Shown here in pieces: positions 28,162-40,701 of a stretch of DNA of 64,000 nucleotides. The position numbers were made by a program, and so were the translations under genes. Location of the stretch: NCBI GenBank assembly GCA_964016885.1, contig OZ024741.1:193192001-193256000 (forward strand). Direction: 5' to 3'. Source of the DNA: Eledone cirrhosa. Its lineage: Eukaryota. Each line of letters opens with the position of its first letter. The stretch's first letter is position 1. Below the pieces are notes generated by a model. It was not told the DNA's origin and made no database searches. It saw nothing but the letters and a program-made list of their open reading frames with translations.

Positions 28162-28757
28162 TGTATGTTTATTGAAAGAGAGAAGAATAACATGGTCAAC
28201 AGTACAAAAAATGATTTTATTTACAGTCTAACAATTGTTTCACTGATTAAGTTGTCTAAAAATTGCTGAACACTTGGAGCTGCGCCACTCAATTTTAAAT
28301 ACGTTGTTAGCTTAAACAGATCATCAGAAGGAACTGTTATATGTTCAGTATTTACGAATTCAAATTACAGCATCATTAGTAATATTAATAAAGATAGAGA
28401 GAGGAAAAAGAAAGGGAGATAGAGAGAGAAAAGAAAGAAAAAGGAGAAAGGAAAAAAGAGAAAGATATAGAGATAAAAGATATAGAGTAAAGAGGATAGA
28501 AAGAGAAGAGAAAAGGATAAAGAAAACATAATAAAAGGTAAAGAAAAAGAAGAAAAAAGGGAAAAAAATGATATCAACAATAAATGGATAAATGCTAATA
28601 AATAAGTTATATTGAGGATGATACAAAACAATATAAAATATGAAAATAAATAAATAAATAAATAAAATGTTTATTTGTGCGAAGAAAAGTAAACATGGTA
28701 ATATTATTGAGAGTAGTTGTGGTGTTGATGGATTACCTATAACGATATTTTGTTATC

Positions 28758-28842
<85 letters not shown>

Positions 28843-28981
28843 AAGGTTAAACAAGGTTCAATGAATAAATCAAAGAATGAGTTTTACAATAGATTGGAAG
28901 CACTCCACAGATTTGGTTTTCCGGAGTTATTAATATTAATTCAAAATATTAACAAAAGTAGACATTCGTGTGATCAAGTAT

Positions 28982-29046
28982 ATTTTATTATACATATTTC
29001 AGAGGTACTGAGCTATCTTCAACAGTACGTCCTCATCAGATAAAAT
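28982..29046 (-). ncRNA. Type I hammerhead (inverted copy)
   Basis: Reverse complement of 29153-29217 with one substitution. Confidence 0.72.
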
Positions 29047-29152
29047 AAGATGATGCATGACATACCCTGACTTAGTAGATGGTTAAGATTCAGTCATGGT
29101 AGTGAATTACCATGACTGAATCTTAACCATCTACTAAGTCATGCATCATCTT

Positions 29153-29217
29153 ATTTTATCTGATGAGGACGTACTGTTGAAGATAGCTCAGTGCCTCTGA
29201 AATATGTATAATAAAAT
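29153..29217 (+). ncRNA. Type I hammerhead ribozyme
   Basis: Stem I attttat/ataaaat, CTGATGA, stem II ggacgtactg/cagtgcctct, GAAA-tatgt-ATA. Confidence 0.75.
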
Positions 29218-29776
29218 ATACTTGATCACACGAATGTCTATTTTTGTTAATATTTTGAATTAATATATATATATATATGAACAATAGAAATTGAATAGAA
29301 ATTCTCTATGCAAGAAAATGGTATAGTGAGCAGGTGCAGAATCGGCAGTCCACGCAGTAAAAAACGTATACTGGATTATTGTTAACTTTCAGATCTTGAC
29401 CCTATTTGGCTGAACCCACAAGCTGCAGCCGATTTTATCTTGTAGCAAGAGATTCACCACTTAAAATCAAGTTGACATGTCAACTTCGATAAAAAAAAAC
29501 ATTTTATGTGTATTATGTGACCCATACATATATAGCTTTAGAAGGCAGATAGATAGATAGATTTCTTTATTTACCATAAAGGCATAAAAAGAAGGGACAA
29601 ATACAAAGGTGGAGTTTACATATAATCGAGTAAAAAGGGTGTAACATGAAAATAATCGAAGATAACCTCAAAAGGGAGGGGACGTGATGGGGGTTGCACA
29701 CACCCCCGAAAAAGTGTGCAATCCTTTGCCCGGGGAGCACATGGAGAAGGTGCTCCCCTCTCCTTTACTTCTTTAC

Positions 29777-32700
29777 CTACAGGATGGTATACAGAGAAGG
29801 CCCATTTACACGAGCCATTCTCGACACTATCACCCACCTTTCATAAAACTGCCTGTGGCCAAGCACCTCTCTCTCCATTCTTATCCTTCTTCTGAAGTGA
29901 TATCGGAAGAAGTAGACCAGACTATGGCCAGAGAGGAAGTTGCCTGACCTCAGACCTTTCAATCGTGTCCACCAAACAACCTCTTTCAACATGGCTATTA
30001 CGCACAGAAAAACCGCCTTTGCTTCCTTTGTGAAGAGGGGAGGCGGTTTGATTGTCATCACGGACTCGGCGGTCAATTTAATCGGCGCCACCCGCGACAG
30101 CAGTCGTTCGGCGTAGCCCCACAGATCAGCCACGCCCGGACATTGCACCAATGCGTGCGCAACGGTTTCTTCGTGACGCACGCATCTAGGGCAAATCTTT
30201 TTTGAGGGATCCCTGCCCGGGCGCCCGTGTCTGTAGAGCCTCTCTCGAACGGGTAGAGCCCCCCGGTAGCACTGCCAGGCCAGTGACTTCTGGAAGTTGT
30301 CCATTGGTCCTGGGCCGAAAGTCCTACCGAACAGGCTGGCCAGTTCGTCTTCTTCCATGTCCAGCGACTCTCCAAGGGTGTCATCGCCCCTGCTAGCCAC
30401 CAGCCCTCTATAGAATGCTGAGGTGGATTCTCCACCGATGGCCTGGCCCACTTGCCAGAGAGCCCTGAGCGCCTGAGCACACTCAGTGTGCCAGTCTCCC
30501 AGTTTTCCGGATCTTTGCTTGACCCAGGACTGTAGCTCGGTGAGCGAGACGAGTCTCGGAAAGGCTCGTTTCACGAACGGAGCCCACACCGGTTGACCAG
30601 TGAGGAATACCTGTAGGTGCCGTAGCCTTAATGCGTGCCTACGCATCATCAACCACGGCATCCCCAGCCCTCCTTTCGAAGGTTGTTGGCAGCAGATGGA
30701 TCTTCTCACCATAGGAGGGCGCTTCTTCCAAAGAAATTGGAAGAGCATGCGTTCCATGGTGGTGAGTGTTTCCTTAGGGCAAGGCACGACAGTCAGGCGG
30801 TAGTAAGTGACGGACGCTATGTAAATGTTCGCCACCTCCGCCCGGCCTTTTAGGGACAGCTTACACTTGACCCATTTCTGGGTTAGTGCAAACACCTTGT
30901 TCGTAACCTCGTTCCAGTTCTTTTCCACCTGGAGGTCCGGTCCAAACCAGACCCCAAGCAACTTTACCGGGCCCTCCGTCCAGTGTCCGACGACACCGTC
31001 AGGAGGCATCGGTCTGCCTCTCCACATTCCGAGTTGCAGCCCGATGGATTTTTCCCGGTTCAGTTTCGCTCCTGACAACTTTTCGTACTCCTCCAGTAAG
31101 GTACCGATCGCCTCGATCTCCGAGTCGGTTGATACCATTACTGTTACGTCATCGGCGTAGGCCGACACCGCTTTGCTCAATCCTGGTTCCAGGGGGATAC
31201 CCTGCAACAACTCCAACTTCCTCAGTAAAGGCTCGAGAGTCAATACGTACAGAAGGGAGGAGAGAGGGCACCCCTGTCGAATGGATCGTGTGATTTCGAA
31301 CGGCTTCGAAAGGTAGCCGTTCACCTTGATCCTAGAACAGATGTGGTTGCTATGTAGGGCAGTGATCCAGCCTCTGAAAACAGGACCGAACCCAGCCGCC
31401 GCTAGCACCGCATCCAGGTAACCATGGTCGACCCTATCGAAGGCCTTAGACTGATCTAAGTTGATCAGGGCCCCACCGAAGCCGGGTTTGTTGCCAACCC
31501 TCTCTATGATGTATCGCATGAGGTGGAGGTTATCGTGAATGGACCTGGATGGGATAGCACATGTCTGCGCATCTCCCACCAGGCCACCCACGACAAGCGC
31601 CAACCTCTTTGCTAACACCTTGGCCAAAATCTTTAACTCTGTGTTTAGCAAGGTTATGGGCCGAAAATTATTTATATTATCCCCCTTGTTCTCGTCCTTC
31701 CTCACCAGCGTGACTACGCCCTTGGCTACAGAACAAGGAATTCTCCCGTTCTGCTGCCAATTGCAGTAGACCGCTTCGAGGAGTTCGGAGAAGAAGACCG
31801 GCATTGCTAAATAAAGTTCGTAAGGTATACCATCGAGACCTGGAGATTTGCGTCTGCTGCATTGGCTCAGCGCATCTCCGATCTCATCAGCCGAGATTGG
31901 TCCCTCGCAGGACTCTGCCTCTTCGTTCGAGAGACGCGGCAGGCCGTCGAGGTATGGACCGAAATCCACGCCCCCGCCCGGACCCTCGCCTCCCCCGAAC
32001 AATCGGGCAAAGTGCCTTTGAAAGGCCTCGCACATCTGCTTAGGCTCCCGGATCACCCGTCCATCTTCGTCTTGCAACGACCGGATGGTGGATCGATTTC
32101 CACTCTTAGCTTCTGTCACGCGGGCCCATCCAACGGCTTTGGCCCCCTCATTACCTAGAGCACGTATTTTACTTCGAATGACGCAGCCTTCGTGCTTTGC
32201 ATCGAAAAACTGGTTCAAGGCCGTCCTCGATGCCAGCACTCTGGCCACATCTTCGCTCTTGATTGCCTCTTCTAATTTACCTGTTAATTCTTTCTCGTTT
32301 CTATTCCTATCGGCAGCTAACATCTTGCTATAACTTATTGATTCTGTTCTAATCTCTCTTTTGAGAGATGCCCACCATCGGTTGTTGACGATTGCACCCA
32401 TCAACCTCTCCTTAACTAATCTGCTAATCCGGTTTCTGTAAGTCTCTTTTGCCGGTAAAGACAAATTAAGTTTCCAGTAACCGGGACCCTGTCTATGTGT
32501 TTTCTCGAGATTGACCACGCAGGTCACTAATTTGTGATCCGTGTAGCCAACCGTGCGCATTTCTGGACAGCTTAATATGTCCCTATCCTTACTTCTAACT
32601 AAGAATCTATCTAAGTACGATCTAGATTGACCACTGTGGTTTCTCCAAGTCCAGGTAGGCACAGTTGGAAAATCTAATCGATATCTATCGACCAAGTTAA

Positions 32701-33215
32701 AACGGTCGAGTAACCCCTTGAGGCTGTTACACCCCCCTCTATTAGGACATGCTCCTGCATAGTCCCAACGTGCATCCAGGATGTCATTCCAATCCCCCGC
32801 TAGAAGCAGGGAACGCGACGTTCGCAGAAAAGTCTCCAAACGCTGGAAGAAGTCGGGCGGTTCAGCTCCGAAAGGGGAGTAGACGGCGACCAGTCTCAAG
32901 GCCGCACTTTCACTACTGCCAACGTCTAGCACCAACAAACGACCCTCCGGGTCCGAGTGCACAACCTGTACGGCAAGACCCAGGTGTTTTTACAGCAGTA
33001 CGACAACCCCACCCCCCACCTCCAGGTTGACAGAGAGATGCATGCACCTCAAAGTTATCGAAGGTGGGGGCCAGCTGCCGCACGACGCTGATTCGAGTCT
33101 CACAGATAACCATTACATTTATACTACATGACCTGAGGTCATTTAGAAGCTTTGCTTGCTTCCAAGTTGAGCCCAGGCCACGTGCATTCAAACATCCTAC
33201 TCTTAACACATCCAT
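29777..33215 (-). CDS. ORF2 (APE-RT-CCHC) with a single frameshift near 33010
   Basis: 33215-32913 gives the N-terminus (CLNARG, ICET). The 1061-aa ORF has GDWN, YTDH, RQGCPLS, AYADD and CPRC..HALVQC. Confidence 0.92.
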
Positions 33216-33248
33216 GTGGGCGGCAGAGCCAAAGGAGAGTGTAGAGAC

Positions 33249-35150
33249 CTACCTTTCCGCTTCCCGGGGTTCGGGTTGCACGACTTCCATGGGGTCGGGG
33301 GTGTTGGGTGAAGGGGTGTCTTGTGGTGGTGTGGGGTCGTCAGTGTGTGGTGGGGTTGGGGTGTTTGGAGTTGTGTTGGGGAGGGGAAGGGGAGGGGGAA
33401 AGCTTTTTAGTAGGACGCGGTTTATGGGTTTGACAGAGGGTGGTCCTACGTCCTCCTTAAAATCCTTTTTTAGTTTTTGGTAGAGGTTCATTGGGATCTT
33501 TATTAGTTTTAAATGTGGGTAGTTTTCTGACGAAACAAAGTTTACACCTTCGGTTTGTACCGAAGGATTATTGTATATGAGCTCATTTAATTTATTATTG
33601 TTTCTGTTGATGTAAGTATAGTGTAATGTCTTTTTTTCCGATGGTGTGAGTGTTTCGAAGAGGGGAGGGGCAGGTTTGGTTTTGTTTGTTGCTGGAGGGG
33701 TGTTTTCTGTTTTGTTGGATTGTGTTGAGATTTGGGTGGGGGTTGTTTGTCCTTGTGTGTTTTGCACATGTTTTCTTTTTTTCCTTTTAATCTGTCTGAA
33801 GGACTCCGTTTCTTCCTCCGAATTCGTTGGGTTATCTTCAGTGTTGGAGGGAAGAGGTATGTTTGCTGGTAATGTTTCCGTGTTGGTTTTCTTTGTGGGG
33901 GAGATGGATGTCACTATGTTAGACTGTGTTGTGTGTTGTGTCTGCGGTGGTTGTGTTGTTTTATTGAGTGAGAGGTTGGGTGGGCCTGTATTTTGTTTTG
34001 GGGTAATGTGTTGTGACTGTTTGTGTTGTGGTGGTGTTGTGGTTTTACTGAGGGACGGGTTGGGTGGGACTGAGTTTTGTTGTTTGTTTATCTGTTGTGG
34101 TGGTGGTGGTGGAGCTGGTGTTGGTAGCAGGGTTTTCTTTTTGTTGAGTTGGGGACAAGCGGCCTTCAGGTGCCCTCTGCCTGCACAGATATGGCAGGAC
34201 GGCCTTCTCCCCTCCACGCTAATGTTTATATACCCGTGGTCCTCTAATAGGATTCTGTCGGGTATTTGGGCGATGCGTTCAGGCTTCATTTGTACTACCA
34301 GCTCTATACCTGTTCCACTGAACGCATTGCCTGTGGTTTTCCCAATGGAAATCACGTTGTCATTCACTGGATCGATGAAGCCAGCTATGAGCCAGCAGTA
34401 GTCCACATCTGGCATCATTGCATCCAGCCATATGCGTTGAGTTCTTTTCCCCATATAAGATGGATAAAAGGTGAAATTTTTCGAACGAATCGGTGACAAA
34501 GCACATTTTTTTGCCGCCGATTCGTTCTTCATGATAATTGCTAGGCTTCCATACAGTCTGTCTTTTCTTATGAAAGTGGTTTCATTAAGTACTTCTGTGA
34601 GTACTGTTTTAATATCTGCTTGAGAAGGCTGTTCAGGTTTTTTTGTACTGTTGTTGATGGTCCGAAACTTGACCGTTCGGCTTTCAATGTCTTTCGTGAA
34701 TTCTTGAGGCATTTTTACCGATAAAATACCATTCTCTCCTTCACTTATGTATTGTTTGGCGTCCGTGATCCTTCGTACCACATCTGAAATGTTTTCCGCT
34801 ATATAAGTCAAAGATTTCTTTGTTTTCTGTGCAAATGAAATCTTGTCGTCTGCTTTGTTTTCTGATATGGTGTTATTTTCAACTGTTATTTTTGTGTTTG
34901 TTGTGTCTTTGTTTGTGTTATTAGTATTGTCATGCAATTTTTCAAATTTTTTTTTTTCGTTGTTGGAATCCAAGTCCAGATTTGTGTTTTCGTCATTTAA
35001 TTTTTTCTCCGCAGATTCGTCTGTTTTTATTTTAATTTTTTCTTCCTTCTCTATGACGTTAGTTGGGAAGGAAGGGAGGACTAAAGCGTGCGAGCTTACA
35101 ACTCTTACCGCTGTCCCCCCACCACTATTTTCGTTCGCTGCGTTTAACAT
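33249..35150 (-). CDS. ORF1, gag-like nucleic-acid-binding protein, 633 aa
   Basis: Open frame with CCHC knuckle CHICAGRGHLKAAC, Pro/Thr-rich tail and basic cluster KRKKRK. Confidence 0.9.
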   Translation of the reverse strand: MLNAANENSGGGTAVRVVSSHALVLPSFPTNVIEKEEKIKIKTDESAEKKLNDENTNLDLDSNNEKKKFEKLHDNTNNTNKDTTNTKITVENNTISENKADDKISFAQKTKKSLTYIAENISDVVRRITDAKQYISEGENGILSVKMPQEFTKDIESRTVKFRTINNSTKKPEQPSQADIKTVLTEVLNETTFIRKDRLYGSLAIIMKNESAAKKCALSPIRSKNFTFYPSYMGKRTQRIWLDAMMPDVDYCWLIAGFIDPVNDNVISIGKTTGNAFSGTGIELVVQMKPERIAQIPDRILLEDHGYINISVEGRRPSCHICAGRGHLKAACPQLNKKKTLLPTPAPPPPPQQINKQQNSVPPNPSLSKTTTPPQHKQSQHITPKQNTGPPNLSLNKTTQPPQTQHTTQSNIVTSISPTKKTNTETLPANIPLPSNTEDNPTNSEEETESFRQIKRKKRKHVQNTQGQTTPTQISTQSNKTENTPPATNKTKPAPPLFETLTPSEKKTLHYTYINRNNNKLNELIYNNPSVQTEGVNFVSSENYPHLKLIKIPMNLYQKLKKDFKEDVGPPSVKPINRVLLKSFPPPLPLPNTTPNTPTPPHTDDPTPPQDTPSPNTPDPMEVVQPEPREAER

Positions 35151-35387
35151 TTCTGTTAGACGATTGAAATTTTTTACACAAAATTTTTTAAAACAGGTTT
35201 TTCACCTCTAGGAGGGGTAAAGATGAGCTGACCCACCGCCTGACAGTTCAGACGGAGGGTCAAGCTACACAATTGTATCAAAATTAAGTTTAAACTCACA
35301 AAATTTCCTCAATAAATTTGAACAAAACTTCTGTGCGAAGTGAATGACATCCACACTGTAGAACAGACGACAGCTAGATTAGAAGGC

Positions 35388-35427
<40 letters not shown>

Positions 35428-35991
35428 TTATTTATTTGCCACAAGGGCGCACATGAAAAGGGTACAAAACAAGGACACATGCCGGGGATTTTACATATAA
35501 TCATTTAAAAATATGAAACAAAGAAATATAACAATCGAAATCCCCAATAGGGGGCGGTGCTACAAATGGGTTGTTTAATACCCCGTCGATACAACAACCC
35601 TCAACTGAAGGAGTGTGTTGTGCAAGTGCACCTTTCTTCCTTTTGCTCTCTTCTTCAACCTACAGGTTTATATACAGAGAAGGCCCAATCAGTCGGGCCA
35701 TTTTTGCCACATTTACTGGGGTGCAGTGCCTCTTTCTCCACTCTGATTCTCCTTCTGAAGTAGTACCTAAAGAAGGGAATGAGTTGTTGTCCGGAGAGAA
35801 AGGCATCTTAGATAGATAGATAGATATATTTCTTTATTTGCTACGAGGGCACACAAGAAAAAGGGACAATACAAAGACACATGCCAGTGATTTTACATAC
35901 ATTCGTGTAAAAATATTGAAGCAAGCAATTATAACAATTGAAATCCCCAATAGGGGGGAGGCGTCACAAATGGGATGTTTAATACCCCGTC
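35428..35991 (-). mobile_element. Two stacked 3' fragments of B-related Tx1 LINEs separated by (GATA)n
   Basis: 35428-35808 and 35829-35991 each begin with tttatttgc.ac.agggc after a (GATA)n run. The stack ends in (TAGG)3. Confidence 0.8.
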
Positions 35992-36699
35992 ATAGGTAGG
36001 TAGGTATACATTTTTCACGTTATTGATGTCGTTGGTCACCCACTGACTAGACAGTTGTTTTTGAGGCACTAAGCCGACGGTTACAAGGTTGTCGTCGTTG
36101 TTGCTGTTGATGTCCAGTCGTATCGTAGTTTTTATTGCTGGGTTGAATCTAATTGGCAAGAATCATTTAAAATTCTAATTTATTAAGAGCTATAACGCTT
36201 TTTATAACTCTTAATAGGATAAAGCAACTTACCGGTTTCGTTGAGCAGGACGTAATCAATTGAGCTGTTTACCACTAATACTTAGTTGATGTGAGTTTGT
36301 CCCCAAGATAAATCAATCCAATACGGGTAATCAATGGGATTTTGAATATACAGCTTCATAGAAAAATAAGGTACATTTACTGATAGTCAATGATTTATTT
36401 AGTTGATACCGAAAAGTCTCTCAAGATTTTTTCTGAATGCAAATGTTGAGTACTATCGAGCCGTGTGTAATAATGGATTATGTAATTATTGTTTCTACTT
36501 TAGGCACAAGGCCAGCAATTTGAAGAGGCGGAGAAAGTCAATTAAATCGACCCCAGGATGAAAGGCAAAGCTAACGATTACGTAACACATTGAAATACGT
36601 GAAAACTTTTCGGTAATTAAAAAATGAGTCATTGAAGATAAATAAATGTGTTAGAATTTCAATAGATTCAAATTGCGTTTTGGCCGACTTCATAATATT

Positions 36700-37200
36700 A
36701 TTAAAATGAATGGTATTCTTTTTTTAATTATTCCTCTAAAAGCAAGAAATGTAGGTCCAGATTTAAACCATTTTTTGAAGTGAGAGTCATCAACAATGTA
36801 TTTTCTTTACTGGGGTTTCAGTAATTTAAATAAAGCAATGAGAATATTAAAACTTCTGCAAGTTGACACATCCAGCTGAAGAGAAAACTTACGCTATTGA
36901 TGTTCTGAAGTCATCGTCTGTTTAAACATCTGCAGTCAAAGAAATACGGCGTTTCACTCTATGGCTTCTTTTACAGCTGCTATAATAATATCCTCTCCAA
37001 CTGTATGTGGTGTTTTTATCCTGGGTTAAAGGAGATATTGTAAGGGGACTTTATTTATCCTTAAGAAAATACATTGAGATTGAACGTTTTCTTAAACTTC
37101 CACTTAATATCATTAAAAAATTGAAAATATTTGTTATATTTAATTTATCATTTGAATACGGTCTTTCATCTTTAAAGATCTAATCGCGTCGCTTCTAACT
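36700..37200 (-). pseudogene. hAT (Buster/Charlie-type) transposase relic
   Basis: Minus-strand PHTVGEDII (about 37010-36985) and KFSLQLD (36890-36870), hallmarks of ZBED5/Buster-type transposases. Confidence 0.6.
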
Positions 37201-37549
37201 ATCTTTTTAGATAATCATTTTATAATAAAATATGTGCTATTGTCTCATTAGTGATCTACGAATAATGCCGACATACTCCAATATTTGTATGTATGTGTTA
37301 CACCTGTACACACAGGTTTCCGTAGGTTATAACAATGATTTTATTTTTCACGCTGGTTTATTCCGGTTAATACTCAGTTCTCCTTTTATTGCAGAGGAAG
37401 TTGGCTGAATCAGTAGAGCATAATAAAAAGGACTTTGAGGAATTTGCTCCGGTCTTCTACGTTTCAAATTCAAATCCCGCCGTTGGCAAATATTATATGC
37501 ATATTAAGCTCACATCTCTAATACCAATATGTACTCTGATAGCTACTTC

Positions 37550-39527
37550 TCAACCTGGACATTGAGGACTTCAGCGTTTGTGACCCGTTCGGTTCACTGT
37601 ATATCCAAAATGCATCTCGGGCTACGATGATGGAAGACATTGAGAGCCATGTCTCGCTGCTGTAAAGTAGTGTGCTGAGGACATACGCTTTGTAGACAGC
37701 AATCTTTGTGTACGTAGTTAGTTTTCTTTTCTCACACTCTTTTCTTCAGCCTGGCAAATATGGAGGTTGCTCGTCAAACTCACCTGCTGATCTTGAGTTC
37801 TGTAGATGGTAGAACTAAGGTATATGAATTCGTGGACTACTTCCTGTTCGTAGCTGATGGTGGTAGTAAAGGGTGCTTGACACCTTGGCCAAGTACGTTG
37901 GCTTTCTTCAAACTAATGACCTGGTTGAATTCCTGGCAGGCCCTCGAGAGATTGTCCATGGGGCGCAGCATTTATTCCTCAACGTGCGTTGATAATACTG
38001 CGTTATCAGCAAACAGAATTTCTCTGATGGGGACCTGACGAACCCCGGATTTCGCTTCAGCCTTAACAGACTGAACAATTTCCCATCTGATCTGGTTTGG
38101 AGGTAGACACCATCAGTTGACATTCCAAATGCGTGTTTCAGCATTACTGCGAAAAAGATGTCAAACAGAGTGGGGGCTAGCACACAGCTCTGCTTCACAG
38201 TTGCATACGCTAAATGCCTCCGAAGAAGAGCAATCAAATTGAATGACACTTTTCGTATCTGCATGAAACGATTGGACTATCCTGAGAAGACTTGAGGACA
38301 GCCAATCTTGGCAAGGGTTTTGAACAGGCCGTCTCTACTAACTGGGTCGAATGCTTTCGGGAAGGAAGTCGATGAAGGTGATGTAGAGTGGTTGCCTTTG
38401 CACTCGGAACTTCTCCTTTAGGTGTCGAAGGGAAAAGATTATATCGATAGAGGGGCGTTCTGACCTGAAACCACGCTGAAATTCGGGGTGTATCCTCTCA
38501 GCGATTATTTGCAGTCTGTTCAGGATCATGCAGACAAAGACCTTCCTAACGATGCTTAGCAGCGAGATGTTATTGCATTCGCTTCTTCCCCTTTACTCTT
38601 ATAGAGGGTGACAATGTTGCAGTCTTTCGTGTCTTGCAGGAGTGTTCCCTCCTCCCCGCCTTGACACAGTAGTTTCAACATGTGGCTGATGACATCTTGG
38701 GGGATGCCGTCCGATCCTGGTGTCTTCCCTGCAAGCAAGCCATCAATGGTTCTGCTCAGTTCTTCAGCAGTTGTCAATCTTCCATGACAGATTGGTGTTC
38801 CACGGTGTCTAGCACATTGTCCAAGATGCTGTTTTCCTTGGCGTAGAATTTGGACTAATGTTCCACCCATCTCTCTAATTTCTCTCTTTTGCCTTTGATG
38901 ACCTCGCCTGTTCTGAATTTGAGTGAAGCAATCTTCTTCTGAGTTGAGTTAGGTCAATGACCTTCTTGATGCCCTCATACATTATGCGAATGTTACCTGT
39001 GTCAAATGACAGCTGCATACCTTCGAATATTTGTAACCAATAGTCATTTTCACAGCATCTCGCTTCATTTTTAGTTGGAGTTTGAGATTGCAGCAAACCA
39101 GTGAGTGATCTGTGTCACTCCGATTTCACACTTTAGATGGGCCTGTCAACTTTGTCAGTGCATATGCCGCAACCCTCTATTCCACACAAAACGAAAAAGA
39201 TAGTTTTACGATCAGCTTTCAAGAAAAATACAGGCGATCCCAAATGAAAATAGCTGGTGCTACTAGGTGATTTCAACGCCAGGGTGGGATCGGACCACGA
39301 CTCCTGGACAAGGTATCTGGGGCGGAATGGGGTCGGTAATATGAATGACAATGAGCAACGACTGCTTGAGCACTATGTGCTCCTGGTACTATATGTCACC
39401 AAAACCTATTTCTTGGCACAAATTTTCCTGGCGTCATCCTCGCTCAGGACACGACCACCAGCTAGATCAGATCCTCACAAAACGCAAATACCTGAGAGAC
39501 GTGCTGCTGATTCGGTCCTCGCAGAGT

Positions 39528-39530
<3 letters not shown>
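37550..39530 (-). mobile_element. RTE (BovB-like) LINE, decayed, with inverted endonuclease segment
   Basis: Minus strand has KTPGSDGIP, PEFQRGFR and KQSCVLAPTLF. Plus 39130-39530 has LLGDFNARVG and SWRHPRSGH..QLD. Confidence 0.82.
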
Positions 39531-39598
<68 letters not shown>

Positions 39599-39906
39599 AT
39601 ATGAGAAGGTCGGATTCCAATAGCAAAATATGCAATTATGTATTGAACCGTTCATGTACCAGCAACGAGATACCACATATATGACGGAGGACACACATAA
39701 CGTCGAATGCTTTTGCTTAACGGTCTGGTAAACGCAATGACTGGACCTAAATCTCAGCTAAATATTTGTTAAACCATGCAAATTGAATGGTATATATATA
39801 TGGGGAGGAGAAGGAAGGACGGACCCTTAAATGTGTTTTCCGTGCTATTTCCAATTTCACCTTTTCTCTATAACCACTTTATGTATAGAACCTTACTTCC
39901 CTTTTC

Positions 39907-40007
<101 letters not shown>

Positions 40008-40325
40008 AGTATGTGTGTGTGTTTGTATGTGTTTGCACATCTATATAAGAATCTGATTTTCTATCGATTAATAGTTTTGATACACGCAAAAAGAAACCGC
40101 GTTTTATTATAGTCTTCTCTGTATCCGTTAATATCAACCATCTTGATATATCGATTTCTCCTCTTCGAACTTGTTTGTTTGAACAAATTAACGAGATGTT
40201 GTCGATAAAAGGTTAACCTTTTCTACCAATATCTAGTAGACGCATTTCTTTGCAGTGCATTCCAACCTTTTAGTTTACTAAGAACATCGTTATTTATACT
40301 GTAAAGTTTCAGGTTTAGTTTTAAG

Positions 40326-40408
40326 ATAATAATAATAATGATGATGATGGTAATAATAATAATAATAATAATAACAGCAACAAAAACAACAACAACAACA
40401 ACAACAAC

Positions 40409-40453
<45 letters not shown>
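40326..40453. repeat. Compound (AAT)n/(AAC)n microsatellite
   Basis: Direct reading. Serves as tail/target of the adjacent LINE. Confidence 0.95.
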
Positions 40454-40455
<2 letters not shown>

Positions 40456-40701
40456 TTTCTTTATTAACCACAGGGTTTACATAAAGTAGACATTAAGGAC
40501 AGTGCAGGACAATACAGGACGGTACAAATGGGCATTTCTGCGTATAAAAAACAAAAACAGAGGATTTAACAAAAAATAACAATGAAAAATTCCCCAATAG
40601 GGGGAGACTTCGGAGGGACATTTGTTGAGAAAGCCCAGTAAAGGGCCACAGTGACCCTGACCACCAAGGCAAGTGCCCTCTCCCAGTTTTCCACCTTTAA
40701 T

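Larger units (their letters stand above)
28933..29266. mobile_element. Near-perfect 330-bp palindrome with two hammerheads
   Basis: Centre near 29105 (cagtcatggta-gtgaat-taccatgactg). Adjacent to (TA)n. Confidence 0.88.
29563..35378 (-). mobile_element. Full-length L1/Tx1-clade LINE, family B, with (ATCT)n tail and TSD
   Basis: 5' UTR, ORF1, ORF2, 3' UTR, then AATAAAgaa(ATCT)n. ttagaaggcagatagatag is duplicated at 29538 and 35379. Confidence 0.95.

Noticed and set aside
33646-34401. Long antisense ORFs over ORF1 (also 43565-45347)
   Set aside because: Shadow frames of low-complexity A/C-rich coding sequence with no independent motifs.
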